A DNA stretch of 64,000 nucleotides from Caldisphaera sp. (GTDB taxonomy: Archaea > Thermoproteota > Thermoprotei_A > Sulfolobales > Acidilobaceae). The notes beneath the pieces are model-generated. The model saw nothing but the letters and a program-made list of their open reading frames with translations, did not search any database and was not told the DNA's origin. Numbering within the stretch: position 1 is the stretch's first letter; the number at the start of each line of letters is the position of its first letter. The stretch spans positions 63,578 to 127,577 of the forward strand of contig JBMFKU010000002.1 of NCBI GenBank assembly GCA_049971805.1. Reading direction: 5' to 3'. Made by a program: the position numbers and the translations under genes. Shown piece after piece: positions 56,453 through 64,000 of this stretch.

Positions 56453-57568
56453 GTGGTGATTAAATTGATTGATGATTCCCAAGATATTTTAAATCTTCTC
56501 AAAAAACTAAGTGATTCTATTGGAGTATCTGGATATGAAGACAATATCAGGCAATTAGTTATAGAAGAGTTAAAAGATTATTCAGATAGCATTGAAATAG
56601 ACTCCTTGGGAAATGTTATTGCAACAAAAAAAGGTAGTAAGTCGTCTAAAAAAATAATGCTAGCTGCACATATGGATGAGATAGGCTTAATTATAAATTA
56701 TATAGATGAAAAGGGCTTTTTAAGATTTTCTCCAATTGGTGGTGTATCAGAAAGAACATTAATGGCCCAGAGAGTTAAAGTTATTTCTGGTAATAAGGCC
56801 TTTAAGGGTGTTATAGGATTAAAGCCTCCGCATATCATGAAACCAGAAGAAGCAAAACAAGTACCAGATTTTTCGGATCTATATATAGATGTGGGTATGT
56901 TTAGCAGAGATGAGGTTTTAAATTCTGGCATAAACATTGGTAGTTTAGTTGTTATAGATAGAGAATTAGAAGTTATTGGAAATAAAGGTATCGTTACCGG
57001 TAAATCTTTAGATGATAGAGCTGGATTGACAACAATGATAGACTCATTTAAAAAAATAAGTGATAATGAGCTTAGCGTAGTAGCTGTTGCAACTGTTCAA
57101 GAAGAAGTAGGTTTAAAAGGAGCTAAGGTTTCATCTTTCTCAGTTGAACCCGATGTAGCTATAGCGTTAGATGTTACTATAGCAAGTGATGTTCCACCAG
57201 TACAAGAACAAAATTGGATCTGTAAATTAAACCAAGGCCCAGCTATAAAATTAATCGATGGGCAAAAGGGTACAGGATTAATTTCTGATCCTAGGCTTGT
57301 TAATTTTGCAGTGAATTTAGCCAAAAAATATAGTATACCCTATCAGCTAGAAGTATTACCAGGAGGCACAACAGATGCATCAGCAATTAATTTAAATAAG
57401 GAAGGTGTACCGTCAATAACTATTTCAATACCTTCCAGATATGTACATTCATCTGTTGAAGTAGTTTCATTAAATGATATAGCAAATGCATCTAGATTAG
57501 TTCAAAAGATAGTTACTGAAATAGATGATAATTATATTAATTCTATTTTAAAAAAGAAAATAAAGTGA
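56453..57568 (+). CDS. M42 family aminopeptidase (TET-like)
   Basis: GVSGYE, AAHMDEIG, DDRAG, QEEVGLKGA, GGTTDA, RYVHS. Confidence 0.95.
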   Translation: MVIKLIDDSQDILNLLKKLSDSIGVSGYEDNIRQLVIEELKDYSDSIEIDSLGNVIATKKGSKSSKKIMLAAHMDEIGLIINYIDEKGFLRFSPIGGVSERTLMAQRVKVISGNKAFKGVIGLKPPHIMKPEEAKQVPDFSDLYIDVGMFSRDEVLNSGINIGSLVVIDRELEVIGNKGIVTGKSLDDRAGLTTMIDSFKKISDNELSVVAVATVQEEVGLKGAKVSSFSVEPDVAIALDVTIASDVPPVQEQNWICKLNQGPAIKLIDGQKGTGLISDPRLVNFAVNLAKKYSIPYQLEVLPGGTTDASAINLNKEGVPSITISIPSRYVHSSVEVVSLNDIANASRLVQKIVTEIDDNYINSILKKKIK

Positions 57569-57626
57569 TTTTTAGTTATAATAATCTCATCAAAAAGAAA
57601 TATTAAGATCTGCTCTTACTTATTTA

Positions 57627-58277
57627 TTGGCTGAAATCATGAAAATCAAAGCAATAATAAGCGATTTGGATGGTACTTTAGCAGATACTGAAAAATTACA
57701 TATTAAAGCATGGAATAGAGTAGCTAATGAATATGGTTTTAGGCTTGATTTAGGAGATAGCAACTATTATAAAGAATTGTTTGGTTTAAGAGATTTAGAT
57801 TTTGTGAAGGCTTATGCCAGCAAGGCTGGTATTAAGTTGGATGATGAGATTTTAAAAGAAATATTATTAAGAAAAAGTTATGAATATAAGAAGTTAACCA
57901 TGAACTTAAGTCCAGCTAAATGCGTTACCAATTTAATGGATTTTATAAAGATTCATAATTTAAATTTTGCCATTGTTACTTCTTCTATGAAAATAGATGC
58001 ATTTGCTGTATTAAGTAAATTAAATATTAATTATGATGTTTTGATAACTAGTGATGATGTTAATAAAGTAAAGCCAGATCAAGAACCTATATTAAAAGCA
58101 TTAAATATGCTTAAAGTGATGCCCGAAGAAACTATAGGCATTGGAGATACAATATATGATAGAGAATCTTACAAAAAAGCAGGCTTAGAAAATATTTTTA
58201 TATTAAATTGTAATAATTTAAATTGTTTTGAGTCTATTTGTGATGTTATTGACGTAATTAAAAAGAAATATTTTTAA
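57627..58277 (+). CDS. HAD-superfamily phosphatase
   Basis: DLDGTLADT, IVTS, KPD, IGDTIYD. Confidence 0.9.
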   Translation: MAEIMKIKAIISDLDGTLADTEKLHIKAWNRVANEYGFRLDLGDSNYYKELFGLRDLDFVKAYASKAGIKLDDEILKEILLRKSYEYKKLTMNLSPAKCVTNLMDFIKIHNLNFAIVTSSMKIDAFAVLSKLNINYDVLITSDDVNKVKPDQEPILKALNMLKVMPEETIGIGDTIYDRESYKKAGLENIFILNCNNLNCFESICDVIDVIKKKYF

Positions 58278-58400
58278 GAGACTATATTATACAATTTTAA
58301 AGTAATTTAAGTATAGTTTGTAATGAAAAGACCAAGAATATAGATGAAGGGCTCAGATTTATAATAGAAGTTTAACAATTTTAGAAATAGGCGAAAGAGA

Positions 58401-58856
58401 TTGACAGTTAAGATAGGTCTTGTTGTAGCAGAATTTAATTATGATATAACAAGGGTAATGGAAGAAAAAGCTTTAAGCCATGCAAAGCTTTTAAATGCAG
58501 AGATTCCGATTGTTTATAAAGTCCCAGGAGTATTTGATTCTCCATATGCAGCTTCAAGGCTATTAAAGTTAGATTATATAGATGCGGTTTCAGTCTTGGG
58601 CGCCGTTGTGCAAGGAGAAACAAAACATGATGAACTAGTTGCAAACCAAGCAGCAAGAATGTTGTTGGATTTAAGCATAAGATACGAAAAACCTGTTACA
58701 TTAGGAATTATTGGTCCTGGAGCCTCTAGGATGCAATCGTTAGAAAGAGCAGAGGAATATTCAAGAAGAGCAATAGAAGCGGCTGTAAAGCTTATATTGA
58801 GAGATCAACTCTTAAAATCTACTAAATATGAAGGAAAAGTTATAAATATAGAATGA
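58401..58856 (+). CDS. ribH: 6,7-dimethyl-8-ribityllumazine synthase
   Basis: VAEFNYDIT, VPGVFD, GETKHDE, KPVTLGIIGPG. Confidence 0.95.
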   Translation: MTVKIGLVVAEFNYDITRVMEEKALSHAKLLNAEIPIVYKVPGVFDSPYAASRLLKLDYIDAVSVLGAVVQGETKHDELVANQAARMLLDLSIRYEKPVTLGIIGPGASRMQSLERAEEYSRRAIEAAVKLILRDQLLKSTKYEGKVINIE

Positions 58857-58877
58857 AATATATAATAGGAGATAGAA

Positions 58878-59588
58878 ATGATCAGAATTGCAATAATAGA
58901 GCAAATAGGGTATAGGGAATGGACTGAAAGTATTGGAACTGACAGGGAATGGAAAATACAAGAAACACAAGCAAAAATTTATTCAGAGTCTCAAAAAATA
59001 ACAACTAAATATGGAGGATTTGTTTTACCATTAAGATTCGATTATATGACTATTGTTGCAAGTAATTTGAATGAAGAAAATGAAAAAGATATATTGGAAA
59101 CAGTTTCATCTTTATCTCCAGTTGCAGTAAGATTATCTAGCCATATTGGTTTAACACCTATTGAAGCTGAAAATAATGCATGGCTGTATATGAGCGACAT
59201 TGACCCAGGAAAAACAGGTCATTTTGGCAAATCAGAAAAAGAATACGTTATAGTGAGCCATATTGATTTAAATGGTTTAACTCCTATAACACAAAAGCTA
59301 GGTACATTTAAAACATATGCAAGAATCTTAAGTATCTTGGAAAGAATAAATGAAATTTCACAGGAAAGAGGTGGACTTGCACAATACTTAGGAGGAGATA
59401 ATATATTGGTTTTGTTGCCTCATGACGATTATGATGATTTAGTTTTAAAATTAATTAGTATAGATGACCTTAAAGCTGGTATAGCCCTTGCACCTAAAGC
59501 TAGAGATGCAATGAAGCTTGCTGCTGATGCTCTTCATGAAATTAGATTAAAAAGAAATGCAAGGATTGTTAAAAAATCTTTAATTTAA
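58878..59588 (+). CDS. gch3: GTP cyclohydrolase III
   Basis: YREWTESIGTDREW.IQ, RFD, HIDLNG, YLGGDN. Confidence 0.9.
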   Translation: MIRIAIIEQIGYREWTESIGTDREWKIQETQAKIYSESQKITTKYGGFVLPLRFDYMTIVASNLNEENEKDILETVSSLSPVAVRLSSHIGLTPIEAENNAWLYMSDIDPGKTGHFGKSEKEYVIVSHIDLNGLTPITQKLGTFKTYARILSILERINEISQERGGLAQYLGGDNILVLLPHDDYDDLVLKLISIDDLKAGIALAPKARDAMKLAADALHEIRLKRNARIVKKSLI

Positions 59589-59613
59589 TGTGCTATATAT
59601 TTAAAAAATATTA

Positions 59614-60306
59614 TTAAGGATTTTCTACGAATTTCCTGAAGAAATGGTTTTTCCTAAGTAAATTCCTTATTCCATCTTCAATAGATTCATTTAATGGAAC
59701 TTCATACTTTAAGAAAACACCTGTTCTTCCTATCTCCTTTCTTCTAGATAACACTCTTTCTCTTTCAAGTATTGTAGATATATCAATATTTAATTTTTTT
59801 GCAACTACATTTTCTCTACCAAGTATAGGCATTTCAATATGCCCCCTTTCTGTCGGTATAATTAATCTTAATTCTTTATTTACTCCAGGAACTCTTTTGT
59901 TGGATATTATTTCTGAATAAGATATTTGACCCCCCCATTTATAAAACTCTGCTTCTCTAGGTTTAAGCTTAAAAAGTGGAAAACTTATAACTTCTTTATC
60001 AAATGCATCTAGAAAGATGTAAGCCTTTGGAGTATAATTGGGCGTAGCTTGTATGATTTCCTTTTTAAAAATATGGAAACCCTTGTTTTCTAAAGAAATT
60101 TCTATTCTATACGGAGAAAAGCTTTCCAATATAACTATATCTATGTCGCTACTTTCCTTTATATCACCTCTTGCAAGGCTACCAATAATATAAATGTTTA
60201 AATTTAAATCTAAAATGGCTTTAACTATATTCTCTGCTCTCTTTCTCTTAAGGGTAAACAATTCCCATCTCTTGTTGTCGTATACTATTTCTTGTTCTTC
60301 GCTCAT
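59614..60306 (-). CDS. Archaeal nucleotidyltransferase-domain protein
   Basis: GSLARGD..SDID, QATP, EFYKWGG, RVPGVNK, GRTGVF. Confidence 0.85.
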   Translation of the reverse strand: MSEEQEIVYDNKRWELFTLKRKRAENIVKAILDLNLNIYIIGSLARGDIKESSDIDIVILESFSPYRIEISLENKGFHIFKKEIIQATPNYTPKAYIFLDAFDKEVISFPLFKLKPREAEFYKWGGQISYSEIISNKRVPGVNKELRLIIPTERGHIEMPILGRENVVAKKLNIDISTILERERVLSRRKEIGRTGVFLKYEVPLNESIEDGIRNLLRKNHFFRKFVENP

Positions 60307-60366
60307 TATTTACACCGATCGATTCTATTTTTTAAGTAAATGTCAAAAAACATATATTTTTCAAGT

Positions 60367-62127
60367 TTATGAAACATATGCAAGATTGAATGATGACATT
60401 GTTTCATTGTAGTAGCATTGGTACAAATATAACCCATTTTGAACATTTAGTGAAAAATTAGTATTATATAAGATGTCATTATTTTCTATTACAAAATTAT
60501 TTATTGGATAAAAGATATTGTATTTACATGTAGTATCATATGTAATTCCATCTATTAAGTTTAATGTATTAGAATCGTTAATTGTTAGATTTTTGCTTAA
60601 TATTATTGCGATAAATTGATTTAATGGTGTAAATAATAGAATTCCTTTATTTATGCCATTACTAATATTGATTAATGTTATATTGGAAAACAATGTTGGT
60701 GAAATATTAGCTTCTTTTAAAATTAGGTAATAATCGTTGTTTGCTGTTTTATTTAAAATATATCCAGGAATTGTTGTTGAAAATATTATTTCTTGAGGAT
60801 TAGAAACTAGATATGCATGATTATAGTCTGCTTGAAATAATTGAACATAATTTTTAACTATTCTGCTTACATTTCCAACATTTGTCTCAAACAATATATA
60901 TTGATTGTTTGAATTATCATTTATATTAAAATATGACAGTAAACTTTCCATATTATTTAATTTTTGATTAAGAGTTATAGAATTATAAAATAAAGGTGCA
61001 TATGGAATTACTTGATAAGACTTATGGGCTTTCAATACCCATATACTGTTTATTATAATGCTACCATTGATAGCAAATGTTTGGGAAGATGCTATATTAG
61101 AATAGTAAAAAAGAAGCAGACCTGGAGAAATTATATTGCCATAAACAGAGCCTTTTCCTTGATATGTTGCTTCATTATTTGCCCCATTTATTAATATATT
61201 GGAATAGATAAAACTTCCGCTGTATTTTGAATTAAAGCTCCATGCAGCGATAACAGGGGCGTTATTTAATAAAATTGGCATTTGAAGGAAATTTGCCGTA
61301 AAAGTTATAATTCCGTATTCATTTGCAATTAAATTATAATAAGATATATTTGGAGAATATAAATAAAAACTCATCATAAAATATGGGGATTCATAAATGG
61401 TTATTAAATAAAGACTTATCGCTAAATTCCTTATATAAAAATTGTAAACTTTAGTTATCCCGTTCCCGTTTATATAAATTGTGCTATTATTAACATTGAT
61501 TTTTGCATTAAGATTATTATTTAAGGATCCGCTAATTTTAAAATTAATATGGCTATATGGATTTATTATATCATAATTAATTAAAGGAGGATTTAAAGAA
61601 ATAATATAATAACCAGAATAAATAATTTTATTTAAGTTGTAGCTATAATTATATGGCGTATTATCTCTTAAAAAGTCGCAAGAAAAATAGTTAAGGCCTT
61701 GAAGATTTAAATTTTTATTTAGATTAGGATCAAAATAGGGGTTATACTGGTATATAACACCATCGCCAGTTACGGCATAGATACTTAAATTTTTACTGCA
61801 ATTATAGTCTTTAATTAAATTAAAACTTGCACTAGAATTAACCATTTTATTTATATCTTTAATTATAGTATAGTTTCCTTCATTTATAATAATATATGAA
61901 ATATTAATTGGATAAGATGTAAATAATGTAAGATAAACATTGGAGTTGTTTAATGATATGCTCATTAATGGTCTGTTATATTCTTCATAAATTCTTTCTG
62001 ATTCATAATTAGAATAGCTAATAGCTTTTTTTAGCGAGTTTTGAGTTATCATGTATAATGATACTATAGATGTTACCATTATAGCTATTACTATAACGCT
62101 TCCTAATATTTCACTTAGATTTCTCAT
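60367..62127 (-). CDS. Large Asn/Tyr-rich surface protein with pilin-like (class III) N-terminus
   Basis: MRN-LSEILGSVIVIAIMVTSIV; many N-x-S/T sequons. Confidence 0.7.
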   Translation of the reverse strand: MRNLSEILGSVIVIAIMVTSIVSLYMITQNSLKKAISYSNYESERIYEEYNRPLMSISLNNSNVYLTLFTSYPINISYIIINEGNYTIIKDINKMVNSSASFNLIKDYNCSKNLSIYAVTGDGVIYQYNPYFDPNLNKNLNLQGLNYFSCDFLRDNTPYNYSYNLNKIIYSGYYIISLNPPLINYDIINPYSHINFKISGSLNNNLNAKINVNNSTIYINGNGITKVYNFYIRNLAISLYLITIYESPYFMMSFYLYSPNISYYNLIANEYGIITFTANFLQMPILLNNAPVIAAWSFNSKYSGSFIYSNILINGANNEATYQGKGSVYGNIISPGLLLFYYSNIASSQTFAINGSIIINSIWVLKAHKSYQVIPYAPLFYNSITLNQKLNNMESLLSYFNINDNSNNQYILFETNVGNVSRIVKNYVQLFQADYNHAYLVSNPQEIIFSTTIPGYILNKTANNDYYLILKEANISPTLFSNITLINISNGINKGILLFTPLNQFIAIILSKNLTINDSNTLNLIDGITYDTTCKYNIFYPINNFVIENNDILYNTNFSLNVQNGLYLYQCYYNETMSSFNLAYVS

Positions 62128-62363
62128 CTTTTATCCCAATATATAAATTTAGTTTAAAATGTGACTCGGTGTTTAAAATTAACTATTATTAATGAAACTT
62201 TTTAAAAGTCAATAAAGTTTAAAATTAATCTTGTTAATATTATCATTAAATTTTTCTTTTCAGTCAGTAAATAAAGAAAGTATTTTTATATTATATTTTA
62301 AAACTTATTTAATAATAAAATTATTAAGGTTTTTATCATAGTAAAGTTGAAGTGATAAATTAA

Positions 62364-62640
62364 GCTGTAAACCTTGCCTTTTAAGGCGGGGGTAAAGTTT
62401 AAGGTTTGTTTTTTAAATAATTAGATATGAATAGCTATCAAGGGTATTCTTCACTATATAAGGTAAGTCTCTACTCGTTACCAAATTAAAGAAAAAGGAG
62501 GGCAAGATTTCTCTCTTAGGTCAAATAAAGATGAGGAGTTGGAGCAACTTTACTCTCACATAGGGAGGAATCAAGTATCATAAAGGGGAGTAACACTCAA
62601 GACCTCGAGAACACGCCCTTCAGGGCGGGAGAGAGATCAG
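62364..62640 (+). mobile_element. Non-autonomous IS200/IS605 derivative with both ends (about 277 bp)
   Basis: Follows ATTAA; left hairpin CCTTGCCTTTTAAGGCGGGG, decayed tnpB start, right hairpin CGCCCTTCAGGGCG, terminal AGATCAG. Confidence 0.8.
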
Positions 62641-62652
62641 AGGGATTAGTAA

Positions 62653-63213
62653 ATGGATAGGGTATTGTATATCTTAGAAAATAAAAAATATACTCCGAAA
62701 GATGTTAATTACTTAAAAAATAAGATAAAAGAATTAAATTGCCCTCATGGCATTAGAGTAGCAACTAACCATGTTGAGTTAGTAGTATTTTGTAAAGATT
62801 CTGAAAAAATAAGAAATAAAATTACATCAATATTAGGATTAAGAATAATTGATTTATATATTGGAGAGCCTGAAGTAAAGCAAGGTAAAGAACTAGAATA
62901 CTTTATGGATTATATTAATAAAGAATTATTTTGGCTTGCTCATACATTTATGGAAATACCTTGGAGAAAATATAATGATGTTACAATACAGTTGGTAGTA
63001 TTGTATATGGGAGCTTTAGCTAAAGCGCAAGAAAATGATGTTAATGCTGCTCTGAATTTATTTAAGATGATTAAGGTTTTAGGAAAAGAATCAAATTTGT
63101 TGAATTATGATTGTGTATTAGAAGAAATAAATAAGATACTTAATGGAGAAAGAACGAATGCTTATAGGTGTATAAATATTAGTGAGTTGAAAAAAAGGTT
63201 GAGATATACATGA
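62653..63213 (+). CDS. DUF309-like protein
   Basis: IRVATNHVE; ELFWLAHTFMEIPW resembles the DUF309 FFEAHEVLE..W motif. Confidence 0.65.
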   Translation: MDRVLYILENKKYTPKDVNYLKNKIKELNCPHGIRVATNHVELVVFCKDSEKIRNKITSILGLRIIDLYIGEPEVKQGKELEYFMDYINKELFWLAHTFMEIPWRKYNDVTIQLVVLYMGALAKAQENDVNAALNLFKMIKVLGKESNLLNYDCVLEEINKILNGERTNAYRCINISELKKRLRYT

Positions 63214-63947
63214 AAAATATCGGTCTAATAATAAATCCAATAGCTGGTATGGGGGGAAGATTTGGTTTAAAGGGAACAGATGGAGAATCCTATAGAAAAG
63301 CGAAAGAAATGGGAGCTCAACCGGTATCATCTCAAAGAGCTATAGAATTTCTTAATAACATTAGAGTCCAAGTTAAACTTATTGTACCAACAGGGGTTAT
63401 GGGAGAAGAAGTTATTTTAAAAAGTAAGTTTAAAAATAATTATGAAAAAATTAAATGTACAGATGGCAATGATACTACATCTAATGATACAAAGAATTGC
63501 GTTAAAGAGATGCTAGATAAAGTCGATTTATTAATTTTTGTGGGCGGCGATGGAACGGCTAGAGATGTATATGATATAATTAAGCATGATTATCCTTCGT
63601 TAGGAATACCTTCTGGGGTTAAAATGTTTAGTGCAGTTTTTGCCAATACACCAAAAGATGGAGCAAAAATTTTAGAAAAGTTTTGTTTTAATGAGACAAA
63701 TTTAGAGCTAAGAGAAGTATTGGATATAGATGAAAATCAATATAGGAACAATAAATTAACTATAAAATTATATGGTTATTTATTGGTTCCTGTTGTGAAA
63801 GAAATCATAAGTAATAGTAAAATAGAATATAATTACAATGAAGAAGATTTAGAAGGAATAGTAAACTACGTAAAAGAAATAATAAAAAAAAGAACCACAA
63901 CGACAAAAAGGCTTAATCTAAAACGATTCATCTTTCACCCTCGGTAG
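63210..63947 (+). CDS. ATP-NAD kinase-family protein, apparently 3'-truncated
   Basis: NPIAGMGG..GLKGTD, GGDGTARD, GIPSGVKMFS; C-terminal domain missing. Confidence 0.8.
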   Translation: MKNIGLIINPIAGMGGRFGLKGTDGESYRKAKEMGAQPVSSQRAIEFLNNIRVQVKLIVPTGVMGEEVILKSKFKNNYEKIKCTDGNDTTSNDTKNCVKEMLDKVDLLIFVGGDGTARDVYDIIKHDYPSLGIPSGVKMFSAVFANTPKDGAKILEKFCFNETNLELREVLDIDENQYRNNKLTIKLYGYLLVPVVKEIISNSKIEYNYNEEDLEGIVNYVKEIIKKRTTTTKRLNLKRFIFHPR

Positions 63948-64000
63948 TGTTTCATTAATTGTGTCCGGTTGACATGGGAATAAAAAGAGGCTTTCCTCCC

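Noticed and set aside
58321-58358. Possible C/D sRNA upstream of ribH
   Set aside because: Boxes are poor, the unit is too short and there is no terminal stem

Overview
AT-rich (roughly 30% GC by eye) crenarchaeal chromosome segment. Gene content (Rpo8, S30e, GatDE, Gch3, PoK/PPS, non-canonical tRNA introns, frequent TTG starts) points to Desulfurococcales/Acidilobales, Caldisphaera-like; this is an inference. It is mostly housekeeping: TBP, an aIF2a-Nop10-PCNA-PriS-GINS-L44e-S27e cluster, hemAB, gdhA, XerA, two 2-oxoacid:ferredoxin oxidoreductase pairs flanking etfBA, nop5-fibrillarin, gatDE, and CoA and riboflavin genes. There are four tRNAs, two with bulge-helix-bulge introns at non-canonical positions. 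No CRISPR array, rRNA or intact mobile element was seen. The most notable items not on the ORF track are: (i) four decayed or miniature IS200/IS605 (tnpB-type) derivatives; (ii) a candidate box C/D sRNA whose guide points to position 39 of tRNAs, including the tRNA-Trp in this window; (iii) identical gene-conversion-like tracts between the two OFOR beta genes; (iv) a GC-rich peroxiredoxin islet next to tRNA-Thr; (v) an apparently catalytically degenerate Pus10; (vi) several frameshifted or pseudogenised genes, and an abrupt junction truncating the last gene. I cannot claim a clearly new multi-gene system from the sequence alone.
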